A stretch of DNA of 40,796 nucleotides from contig JAFTOK010000092.1 in NCBI GenBank assembly GCA_017463815.1, positions 1 to 40,796 on the forward strand, written 5' to 3'. The position numbers and the translations under genes are program-made. The notes below the pieces were generated by a model. The model did no database searches. It saw only the letters and a program-made list of their open reading frames with translations, and was not told the DNA's origin. Shown here in pieces: positions 8,893 through 16,823 of the stretch. The first letter of the stretch is position 1. Every line of letters begins with the position of its first letter. The stretch is from Clostridia bacterium (GTDB taxonomy: Bacteria; Bacillota; Clostridia; Oscillospirales; CAG-272).

Positions 8893-9780
8893 ATGAATAA
8901 AAATCTTCGCGGCGGGGCTATATTGCTCCTTACCGCCATAATATGGGGCTTTGCTTTCGTGGCGCAGAGCGAGGGTATGGAAAAAATCGGTGCGCTCACG
9001 TTTCAAGCCTCGCGTATGTTGCTCGCCGCGCTGGTGCTTTTGCCAACAGCGCTCGTTTTCCACAAAGCAGGGGAAAAGAAAAACGGCGAAAAAGCGGCGT
9101 TTATGGATAAGAAAACGCTGCTTGTGGGAATAGTCTGCGGCTTTTTCCTTTTCGGTGCGTCTGCGCTCCAGCAGATGGGCATCGCGCACACGAGCGTGGG
9201 GCACGCGGGCTTTCTCACGGCGCTCTACATACTCATCGTGCCCGTGCTCGGCATTTTTACGGGCAAAAAAGTGGGCTCGCGCATCTGGCTTTGCATCGCG
9301 CTTGCTCTTGCGGGGCTTTACCTGCTTTGTATGACGGGCGAGGGGTTTTCTATGTCGCTCGGCGACGTGCTCGTAACGCTGTGCGCGTTCGTTTTCGCCC
9401 TGCACATCATCGCGGTGGACAAACTTGCGGGCGCGCTCGACGGTGTTAAGGTGTCGCTTGTGCAGATGACTTTTGCGGGGTTGTTGTCGCTTGCTTGCGC
9501 GTTCATTTTTGAAGAACCGAATATTTCGGACATAGCGGCATCGTGGCTGCCCATAGCGTACGCGGGCGTGCTTTCCTGCGGCGTGGCGTACACCCTGCAA
9601 ATCATAGGGCAAAAATACACCGAGCCGACGGTGGCTTCGATTATAATGAGCTTGGAATCCGTTTTCGCGGTGCTCGGCGGTGCTGTTTTGCTCGCACAAT
9701 TTCCAACGCTGCCGGAGCTTGCGGGTTGTGCGCTTATGTTCGCGGCAACCGTAATCTCACAAATACCTTCCAAAAAATGA
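8893..9780 (+). CDS. DMT/EamA family permease
   Basis: About 10 hydrophobic helices. Motifs IWGFAFVAQ, GVAYTLQIIGQ, SLESVFA. Confidence 0.9.
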   Translation: MNKNLRGGAILLLTAIIWGFAFVAQSEGMEKIGALTFQASRMLLAALVLLPTALVFHKAGEKKNGEKAAFMDKKTLLVGIVCGFFLFGASALQQMGIAHTSVGHAGFLTALYILIVPVLGIFTGKKVGSRIWLCIALALAGLYLLCMTGEGFSMSLGDVLVTLCAFVFALHIIAVDKLAGALDGVKVSLVQMTFAGLLSLACAFIFEEPNISDIAASWLPIAYAGVLSCGVAYTLQIIGQKYTEPTVASIIMSLESVFAVLGGAVLLAQFPTLPELAGCALMFAATVISQIPSKK

Positions 9781-9866
9781 TGCTCACGCATCGTTTTTTT
9801 GTTTTTTCAAAGAGTGCTCCGTATTCGAATAAGAACAAAAATTGCTTTCGCAATTTTTGAAATTTA

Positions 9867-10275
9867 TTTTATTCGCGCTTTTCTTTATTTGAAAGAAAAG
9901 GCGCGGCAAAAGAAGCAAAAAAACGTGCCGTTTTATCGCTTTGGTTCTGCTGACAACTATGGCAAGAACCGCTCCCCGAGTGGAATTTTTGCTCCGAACG
10001 CTTCGCAAAAATTACTCGGAACCACGCGGTTGATGGCATAAAATTCAAGTTTGCGATTTTTCGCAAACTTCGCGTATTTATATTCACCAAAATAAGGCCT
10101 GCGCGGCTCGTTATGGCTTGATTACAAGTTTTCACGCGTCGATATATTCGAGCTTTGAATACACTTATTCGCCGCGCTATTCGCACACATCAAATCTGCG
10201 CACACCGAGCGATAAACCGTTAGGGTTTTTGCTTCTTTATTAACTTTTTCTTTCAAAAAGAAAAAGTTAATAAAA
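9867..10275. repeat. Non-coding element with ~75 bp imperfect inverted ends (MITE-like or structured RNA)
   Basis: 9867-9945 aligns with the reverse complement of 10204-10275. Several internal hairpins. Confidence 0.7.
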
Positions 10276-10319
10276 TTATTAGGAAAGACGAAGGCTTTCC
10301 TGCCATACGCTCTTTGAAA

Positions 10320-10347
10320 GAAAAAGCCGCGCAAGGCGGCTTTTTTC
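10320..10347. terminator. Bidirectional terminator
   Basis: GAAAAAGCCGC-GCAAG-GCGGCTTTTTT. Confidence 0.8.
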
Positions 10348-10356
10348 GTCATTTTC

Positions 10357-11925
10357 TCAGTTTTCTTTCTTTTCTTCGTGGTATTCCTTTTCCGTGTTCA
10401 CGTTCCAGATGGCTTCGCGGGAAGCATCGCCGTTTTTGAGCACGCGAACAGCCTCAAACGCTGTCATCATAGAGTGGTCCATATTGTTGTAGCGGTGCTG
10501 GCCGTTTCTGCCTATGCAGTAAAGGTTGCCAATGCCGTCGAGGTAGTTTTTAACCTTATCGAACTGCGCGTACGTGCCGAAATACGCGGGGTACGCCTTT
10601 TTAACTTTCGCACGGACTGCATCGAGAATGTCTTCTTTGTCGATTATACCGATTTTTTCAAGCTCCGTGGATGCAAAACGAATAAAGTCTTTGTCGTTCA
10701 TTCTCCAGAGCATATCGCCCTCGGAGCAGAAGTATTCAAGCCCAATCCAAACGGTGTTTTTAAAATCTTTAACCATATAGGGCGACCAGTTGTTGAAAAT
10801 CTGAAGTCTGCCGATTTTCACGTCGCGCTCCTGAATGTAAATCCAGCAGTCGGGCACGATGTCGCCAACGGTTTTGATTTTCGTTTCGTTCTTGATTTTC
10901 AGCTTGTTTACAAGCAAGCCTACCGTTATAAAATCGCGGTACGGCAAGTTTACGGCAACGTCGTGTACGTCCTCGGGTACAACTTCGCCCATACCTGCCA
11001 CGAGGTCTTTTATTGGCATTGTGGAGAAGTAGTAGTCCGCTTTCATCATTTCCTCTCTGCCGTTGTGGAGCACGCCCACGGAAAGGATTTCCTTGCCGTC
11101 TGTTTCGAGCGTCTTTACAGCACAGTTTTTGATGATTTTGCCGCCAAGCTTTTCAATTTCTTCGGCAACGGTTTCCCAAAGCTGACCGGGGCCTTTTTTC
11201 GGGTAGATATACTGCTCTATAAGCGAAGTTTCCACATTTTTCGCGTCTTTTTTCTTGAAAGGCTTCGTAATCATATCCGCCACAGCTTTGCGGAGCGAAA
11301 GACCTTTTACACGCTGTGCGCCCCAAGAGGGGTCGATGTTTTTGGGGTTCACACCCCAGAGCTTTTCTGTGTAATCTTCAAAAAACATTTCATAAAGAGG
11401 TTCGCCGAAGCGGTTGATGTAGAAGTTTGCGAGCGAATCTTCCTCTTTTTTGAACATAGCGGATTTAACGTAGCCGAATCCCGCTTTCATCGTGCGCGCA
11501 AAGCCCATATTCGTGAAAGTCTGAAGCTTCAGGCTTATGGGGTAATCGAAGAATTTTTTAAGGTAGTATATGCGCGAAACGCGGTTGCGCACGAGCATAA
11601 CCTTGTCCTCTTTTTCGGGGTCGGGGCCGTTTTCCGCGAGTTTTTTTGTCGTCGTGCCGAGAGCGATGTCATCCTTGGAGGGCGCGCCCTGTGTGGGCAT
11701 AAATTTCGCCCAGAACTCGTTTACCTCCTCGCTTTTGGAAAAGAAGCGGTGGCCGCCGATGTCCATTCTGTTGCCATTGTACTCAATCGTGCGGGAAATA
11801 CCGCCGATGAATTCAGATTCTTCCAGAATAATCGGTACGATGTCCGTTTCCGCAAGCAAAGTGTACGCCGCGCAAAGCCCTGCGGGGCCCGCACCGATGA
11901 TTATTGCAGTTTTTTTACATTCCAT
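10357..11925 (-). CDS. FAD-dependent oxidoreductase (protoporphyrinogen oxidase / UDP-galactopyranose mutase-like fold)
   Basis: Motifs [20 protein letters not shown] and C-terminal [14 protein letters not shown]. Confidence 0.85.
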   Translation of the reverse strand: MECKKTAIIIGAGPAGLCAAYTLLAETDIVPIILEESEFIGGISRTIEYNGNRMDIGGHRFFSKSEEVNEFWAKFMPTQGAPSKDDIALGTTTKKLAENGPDPEKEDKVMLVRNRVSRIYYLKKFFDYPISLKLQTFTNMGFARTMKAGFGYVKSAMFKKEEDSLANFYINRFGEPLYEMFFEDYTEKLWGVNPKNIDPSWGAQRVKGLSLRKAVADMITKPFKKKDAKNVETSLIEQYIYPKKGPGQLWETVAEEIEKLGGKIIKNCAVKTLETDGKEILSVGVLHNGREEMMKADYYFSTMPIKDLVAGMGEVVPEDVHDVAVNLPYRDFITVGLLVNKLKIKNETKIKTVGDIVPDCWIYIQERDVKIGRLQIFNNWSPYMVKDFKNTVWIGLEYFCSEGDMLWRMNDKDFIRFASTELEKIGIIDKEDILDAVRAKVKKAYPAYFGTYAQFDKVKNYLDGIGNLYCIGRNGQHRYNNMDHSMMTAFEAVRVLKNGDASREAIWNVNTEKEYHEEKKEN

Positions 11926-11947
11926 AATTTTTCCTCAATTCATAAAA

Positions 11948-12385
11948 TCAATGTCCGCGATAGACGAAAATTTTTCTGCCTATGTAGTTCCAGATAAGCA
12001 CCACACCTTTTACAAAGCAAGTGAGCAAAAGGTACCAGATGCCCGATTCACCTATAAAATACGTGCCGAGAAGCGTAAGCCCTACCGTAAGGAAGTAGCC
12101 TATGACCCCCACAACCGCGTAGATTACGAACGCTTTCACGGTCTTGCCGTCTTTTTGCTGCTCCGCCTTGCGGAAAACGAAGACATTCGAAAGCGCGAAG
12201 TTCACGATAAGCCCTATAACGAAGCCCGCAGTAACTGCGGCGGCAACCTGCCATTTATCGTCCTTCGTAGCGCCCAAAATCAGATAGAGCACCGCGTAGT
12301 TCACGCCCATATCCACGAGCGCCGCCACGCCGCCCACGACGACATAACGCAAAAATTCAAATAATGTGTCTTTTTTCAATTTCAT
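11948..12385 (-). CDS. GtrA-family lipid-linked sugar flippase
   Basis: 145 aa, 4 TM. Motifs FLRYVVVGGVAALVD, NFALSNVFVF, WNYIGRKIFVY. Confidence 0.9.
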   Translation of the reverse strand: MKLKKDTLFEFLRYVVVGGVAALVDMGVNYAVLYLILGATKDDKWQVAAAVTAGFVIGLIVNFALSNVFVFRKAEQQKDGKTVKAFVIYAVVGVIGYFLTVGLTLLGTYFIGESGIWYLLLTCFVKGVVLIWNYIGRKIFVYRGH

Positions 12386-12471
12386 AATACACCTTAATTA
12401 TAACATACGTCATTTTAAATATATGTCGAAAAAAGCGTCATATTTTCTCATACAAAATTCTTTCTTTGTTT

Positions 12472-12500
12472 AGTATAACATATAAACCGCTCAAATGCAA
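12472..12500 (-). promoter_or_regulatory. Sigma-A promoter upstream of the gtrA-like operon
   Basis: Minus strand TTGCAT-17 bp-TATACT with extended TG. Confidence 0.55.
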
Positions 12501-12591
12501 CAAGTTATTTGTTAACATTGGGTTAAATATAGTTGTAAGGGAAAGAAAAAGAGCTGTTGCACGCAACAGCTTTTAATTAAATCAAAATGAA

Positions 12592-12620
12592 TTGACAAAA
12601 ATCACAATTTGTGTTAATAT
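12592..12620 (+). promoter_or_regulatory. Sigma-A promoter of the putative toxin mRNA
   Basis: TTGACA-17 bp-TAATAT with extended TG. Confidence 0.75.
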
Positions 12621-12752
12621 GGTTTGCAGAGTCACTCGATACGGTGGCGGTTATGCCCCTTTTTATGAAAGGGGTGATATTCTTTGCTCATTTCAAATAC
12701 ATAGGAAATGAGTGGTGCGATATGATTGTTCATAGTGCACCTTGTTTGGCAA

Positions 12753-12839
12753 ATGACACCTACAGAGCTGTATGCCTTTTGTATGGTACTCATCGCTGTT
12801 ATAACGCTTGTGAAAGACTTTTACAACAGCCGCAAATAA
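12753..12839 (+). CDS. Putative type I toxin, 28-aa hydrophobic peptide
   Basis: MTPTELYAFCMVLIAVITLVKDFYNSRK has one TM helix and a basic C-terminus. It lies inside a transcript whose 5' and 3' ends pair, opposite a convergent promoter. Confidence 0.7.
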   Translation: MTPTELYAFCMVLIAVITLVKDFYNSRK

Positions 12840-12934
12840 TAAAGAAATAATCGCCTTTCTACCCTGACAAGTTAAAAAGGCGATGTTTCTGTTTACAGTG
12901 GTCGGAGCGTAACCGTCACCGGGTGGCTCCTTCT
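12840..12934 (-). ncRNA. Putative antisense antitoxin RNA
   Basis: Downstream of a perfect minus-strand promoter. Ends at the ATCGCCTTT...AAAGGCGAT hairpin, followed on the minus strand by a T-rich tract. Ends are approximate. Confidence 0.6.
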
Positions 12935-12940
12935 ATATAT

Positions 12941-12969
12941 ATTATAACCTTTATTATCTTATTTGTCAA
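12941..12969 (-). promoter_or_regulatory. Consensus sigma-A promoter of the antisense RNA
   Basis: Minus strand TTGACA-17 bp-TATAAT with no protein gene immediately downstream. Confidence 0.8.
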
Positions 12970-12983
12970 TATCAAATTAGTGA

Positions 12984-13012
12984 TTGACAAAACAGGCAAA
13001 ATATGATAGAAT
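12984..13012 (+). promoter_or_regulatory. Sigma-A promoter for riboswitch-mntP
   Basis: TTGACA-17 bp-TAGAAT. Confidence 0.75.
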
Positions 13013-13023
13013 ATTAAACAATA

Positions 13024-13150
13024 GTAAGGGAGTAGTCGGCGTTGCGATTGCAACGTGGCGAAGTCAACATACTGGAAGCGTGTGCTTTCTGGCTCTGCCC
13101 CAAACGATGAGACTTATCTGCCAACGGGGTAGGTGGGTCTTTTTTTGTTT
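13024..13150 (+). ncRNA. yybP-ykoY manganese riboswitch with terminator-type expression platform
   Basis: TAAGGGAGTAG...GTCAACATAC...CTGGC...GAGACTTA consensus pattern, followed by a hairpin and T run, directly upstream of mntP. Confidence 0.88.
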
Positions 13151-13208
13151 GTTCAGTCCTCCTTTCCCGCAAGACATCTCCCTAATATAAAATTTTTGGA
13201 GGACGTTT

Positions 13209-13778
13209 ATGTCAACATTCGAACTTTTCATCATCGCCGTAGGGCTTTCTATGGACGCTTTTGCCGTTGCTATATGCAAAGGGCTTTCGGTGAAATCTCT
13301 CAAACCGCGCCATATGCTAATTGTCGGGCTTTATTTCGGTGCGTTTCAGGGGCTTATGCCGCTGGCGGGCTATTTTCTCGGCAAGCAGTTTGAAGAGTAT
13401 ATCACAAAATTCGACCACTGGATAGCTTTCGTGCTTCTCTGCGTTATTGGCGGAAATATGATTCGCGAAGCTATAAAAGGCGAAGCGGAAGAATGCGGCG
13501 ATTCTTTCGGCGTAAAAGCTATGCTTCCTATGGCGGTCGCCACGAGCATAGATGCGCTCGCCGTGGGCGTTACGTTCGGCTTTATGCCTGACGTTAACAT
13601 CTGGTTCGCCATCATTTTCATCGGCGTAATCACGTTTGCGCTTTCTGCAATCGGCGTTAAAATCGGCAATGTTTTCGGCGCCAAATTCAAAGCCAAGGCG
13701 GAGCTTACGGGCGGCATCATTCTGATTGCTATGGGCATTAAAATTCTTCTCGAACATCTGGGAATAATCAATTTTTAA
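13209..13778 (+). CDS. mntP: Manganese efflux pump MntP
   Basis: Motifs [10 protein letters not shown] and [10 protein letters not shown], plus the upstream Mn riboswitch. Confidence 0.95.
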   Translation: MSTFELFIIAVGLSMDAFAVAICKGLSVKSLKPRHMLIVGLYFGAFQGLMPLAGYFLGKQFEEYITKFDHWIAFVLLCVIGGNMIREAIKGEAEECGDSFGVKAMLPMAVATSIDALAVGVTFGFMPDVNIWFAIIFIGVITFALSAIGVKIGNVFGAKFKAKAELTGGIILIAMGIKILLEHLGIINF

Positions 13779-13795
13779 AAAGGCAGGTATAAAAT

Positions 13796-14512
13796 ATGGT
13801 TGTAAAAGAGATTTTTTACGTCGGTTACAGCGACATAACAAGCGACCTCAAACTTTCGGACACTTCGATTTTGAAAATTTTTGAAAATATGGCGTGTATG
13901 CACGGCACACGCGCGGGCGAAAGCATAAAAACGTGCCCGGCAAGATGGTTCCTTACGGCATATGACGTTAAAATACTCAAACGCCCCGAATATGAGGATA
14001 CTGTAACCGTGCACACCTGGAGCAGGGATATGCGCGGCGTTTCCGCCTGCCGTGAATTTGAAATTTACAACGGCAACGGCGAGCTTTGCGTAGTGGGTAT
14101 TTCCAACTGGGCGCGCGTAAACGCCGCCACACAGAAGGTAGAGCGCGCCACACCGGAGGTCGTAGCCGCTTACCAAAGCGAAAAAGAACGCACAAACTTC
14201 GATTTCATCTGGGCGCCGAAGCTGGAAGAGCCCGCGGAATATACCGCCGCGCAAGATTTTAAGGTTACGCGCAATTTTATAGATGCCAACCACCATATGA
14301 ACAACGTTTACTACCTCGAAGTGGCCAAGCTTATGCTGCCCGAGGACGTATATAACAACTGCGATTTTACGGGATTTAAAATTATGTACCGCCGCGCCAT
14401 AAAATACGGCGAAACGGTGCGTTGCCTCTACGGCGAAACGGAAAAATCCTACGTTGTTACCGTAAAGGGCGAGGAAAACGATATCCGCGCTATTATAGAG
14501 CTCGTGAAGTAA
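13796..14512 (+). CDS. Acyl-ACP thioesterase (double hot-dog fold)
   Basis: IDANHHMNNVYY catalytic motif, RPEYEDTVTVHTW, REFEI. Confidence 0.9.
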   Translation: MVVKEIFYVGYSDITSDLKLSDTSILKIFENMACMHGTRAGESIKTCPARWFLTAYDVKILKRPEYEDTVTVHTWSRDMRGVSACREFEIYNGNGELCVVGISNWARVNAATQKVERATPEVVAAYQSEKERTNFDFIWAPKLEEPAEYTAAQDFKVTRNFIDANHHMNNVYYLEVAKLMLPEDVYNNCDFTGFKIMYRRAIKYGETVRCLYGETEKSYVVTVKGEENDIRAIIELVK

Positions 14513-14553
14513 CGAAAAAGCATCTCGTACATAAAAGAGTATTTCACTATGAT

Positions 14554-14588
14554 AAAAAATATGGGTTGCGTAAACAACCCATATTTTT
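14554..14588. terminator. Bidirectional terminator
   Basis: AAAAATATGGGTTG-CGTAAA-CAACCCATATTTTT between convergent genes. Confidence 0.85.
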
Positions 14589-16125
14589 ACATAAGAGGAG
14601 CGAATATGCGGAGTATATCCTGAATTGATTTCACGAAAATATTACACTTGCAATCCTTTTCTGTTATAACCTGGCAAATTTCAAGAGTATCAAGAAAATC
14701 TTTTTTTACATCTTCTATGGTTTCGCTGCCGTAAATGACAGTGCCGCATTCAAAATGCAAATAAAGACTGCGGAAATCCAGGTTTGTTGTGCCTACTGTG
14801 GCGACGGTATCATCGGAAACAAAGGTTTTTGAATGTATAAACCCCTTTGTATATTCGTATATCTTTACACCGTTTTTGATAAGCTCGCGGTAATATGACC
14901 TTGTCGTCATATGAACGAACCATTTATCCCACTTGTGCGGCGTGATTATGCGCACGTCTACACCGCTTTTGGCGGCCAGAGAAAGCGCACAGAGCATTTT
15001 TTCATCTGCGATAAGGTACGGTGTGGTTATGTAAATATACTTTTTTGCGTTGTTAATGATTTGCAGGTAGACTTGTTCGCCTACGTTGTCTTTATCTATG
15101 GGGCTGTCGGCATAGGGGAGCACGAAGCCATCGGTCCGGATATCGCACCCGACGTTTTGCCAGGGGTAATATTCTGCATAATCCTCGCTTTTACCGGAGG
15201 CAAGCTCCCACATTTGCAGGAACATCAGCGTGAAGCTCCAGGCGGCTTTGCCTTCCACCATTATGGAAGCATCTTTCCAATGCCCGTGCTTTTCCACGGC
15301 ATTTATATATTCGTCGGCGAGGTTTATACCGCCGGTGAAGGCAACTTTGCCGTCTATGGAAACAATTTTCCTGTGGTCGCGGTTGTTTTGCTTCGCTGTT
15401 AAAAACGGGCGAAAGGGATTGAAAACGGCACACTCTATGCCCATAGCGAGCAGTGTTTTTGTGTAATCTTTCGGCAAAAGCAGAAAACAGCCCATATCAT
15501 CGTATATGATTTTTATTTTTACACCTTCGGCGGCTTTTCTCTTTAGAACTTCCAGAACCTTGCCCCACATTTCGCCCTCCTGAATAATAAAATATTCGAG
15601 AAAAATGTATTTTTCGGCTTTTTCAAGCTCTGAAAGGAGCGATTCCAGCTTTGCTTCGCCCGGGGAAAGATATTTTGTGCGGCTTTGTGTGTATACGGGG
15701 AACCCCGCAAAATTTTGCAGATAATTTATTTGCGCAGTGTATGCCGGCATTTCGGCGATTGCTTTTTCATAACCCGTGCCGGGGAGAAGTGCAAGTTTTT
15801 TTACTTTTTCCTGTGTTCCGTGCAGCTTTTTTTGGAAACGGCGAGTGGACGACTGAAAAGCAAAAAGAAGGTACATAAGCCCGCCGAATATCGGAAAGTT
15901 CAGAATCAGGAAAACCCACATAAGCTTATATGAGCCGTTATCATCTTTGATTATTATATAAATGCTGACGCAAAGGCTTATGAATTTGAGCACATTGCTC
16001 GTTATGTCTGATATGGTGCTTCTCACGGCAAGGCTGTAGATGATAATAGCCAGCTGAACAATAACAAGAAAAATTGTAAAAACGCGCTGCCTGAATATAG
16101 CGCGAAACCATTTTTGTTTGAACAT
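14587..16125 (-). CDS. cls: Cardiolipin synthase
   Basis: Two HKD motifs (HRKIVSID, HSKTFVSD) and N-terminal TM helices. Confidence 0.95.
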   Translation of the reverse strand: MFKQKWFRAIFRQRVFTIFLVIVQLAIIIYSLAVRSTISDITSNVLKFISLCVSIYIIIKDDNGSYKLMWVFLILNFPIFGGLMYLLFAFQSSTRRFQKKLHGTQEKVKKLALLPGTGYEKAIAEMPAYTAQINYLQNFAGFPVYTQSRTKYLSPGEAKLESLLSELEKAEKYIFLEYFIIQEGEMWGKVLEVLKRKAAEGVKIKIIYDDMGCFLLLPKDYTKTLLAMGIECAVFNPFRPFLTAKQNNRDHRKIVSIDGKVAFTGGINLADEYINAVEKHGHWKDASIMVEGKAAWSFTLMFLQMWELASGKSEDYAEYYPWQNVGCDIRTDGFVLPYADSPIDKDNVGEQVYLQIINNAKKYIYITTPYLIADEKMLCALSLAAKSGVDVRIITPHKWDKWFVHMTTRSYYRELIKNGVKIYEYTKGFIHSKTFVSDDTVATVGTTNLDFRSLYLHFECGTVIYGSETIEDVKKDFLDTLEICQVITEKDCKCNIFVKSIQDILRIFAPLM

Positions 16126-16178
16126 AGTTTTCCTCCGGAATTATCAAGATATTAAACATTATAAAAACCATATTAAGG

Positions 16179-16194
16179 TTTGTCATTGGACAAA
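16179..16194. promoter_or_regulatory. Candidate TetR operator
   Basis: Inverted repeat TTTGTC-ATTG-GACAAA between the divergent cls and tetR genes. Confidence 0.45.
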
Positions 16195-16268
16195 AAAGAG
16201 GAAAGTGACGTTTTTGGACATTTTGAGCTTTTTGGGCAAAAAACATTTTTGAACACGAGGTGATTTTT

Positions 16269-16823
16269 TTGGCAGATTCCGTTATAACAAAAAAAGCATT
16301 GGCGGCTTCGCTTAAAAAGCTGATGGAAAAAGAACCGTTTTTAAAAATCAGCGTAGGTGATATTTGCGAAAAATGTAATATGAGCAGAAAAAGCTTCTAC
16401 TACCATTTTTCTGATAAATATGAGCTGGTAAACTGGATTTTTGATACAGAATTCAAAGAATTTGTGTGTGTGTCTGAAATAAATGGAATCTATGGTTTGA
16501 AGACTCTTACATATTATTTTTATGAAAACAGAAATTTTTACAGAAAGGCTTTTGCCATAGAGTGCCAGAATTCTTTTTCGGAACACTTCAGAAGTATTTG
16601 TTACCCTGCAATTTTTGAAGAGATAAAGGAGCTTGCAGGTTTTCCGGATGCTATGGAATTCCAAGCCAACCTTCTTACGGACGGTGTTATATGTTCTTTT
16701 AAAAGGTGGCTTACCTTGCGCGAGCCGATGTTGCCGGACGAATTTCTGGAACAAATAAATATTTGCCTGCGCATTGTGGCAAAGCAAGCAGACATAGGTT
16801 TAATTTACAAGGAGAATATATGA
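16269..16823 (+). CDS. TetR family regulator (DhaS-like)
   Basis: HTH ISVGDICEKCNMSRKSFYYHFSDKYELVNWIF. TTG start chosen from spacing to the GAGGTG RBS. Confidence 0.9.
   Translation: MADSVITKKALAASLKKLMEKEPFLKISVGDICEKCNMSRKSFYYHFSDKYELVNWIFDTEFKEFVCVSEINGIYGLKTLTYYFYENRNFYRKAFAIECQNSFSEHFRSICYPAIFEEIKELAGFPDAMEFQANLLTDGVICSFKRWLTLREPMLPDEFLEQINICLRIVAKQADIGLIYKENI

Noticed and set aside
9784-10352. Short ORFs in the DMT-flavoprotein intergenic region
   Set aside because: No RBS, low-complexity K/F-rich translations arising from hairpin sequences.
10378-11997. 539-aa plus-strand ORF and other long antisense ORFs (5544-7118, 16805-18202, 22336-24195, 25938-27311, 32158-33276)
   Set aside because: They are shadows of well-supported genes on the opposite strand, expected when TTA/CTA/TCA codons are rare. 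They have no motifs or RBS.
12512-12575. TTAACA/TTAAAT direct repeat at 11 bp spacing (Pho-box-like) followed by a hairpin
   Set aside because: Only two imperfect half-sites in AT-rich DNA with no clear target gene. The hairpin may simply insulate the TA-like locus.
12684-12839. Stop-codon reassignment producing one long toxin ORF
   Set aside because: TAG and TGA both terminate ordinary genes elsewhere in the window.
12611-12850. 79-aa ORF from the track as the product of the TA-like locus
   Set aside because: Its start lies inside the promoter -10 region and it has no RBS. The 28-aa hydrophobic frame fits the locus architecture better.
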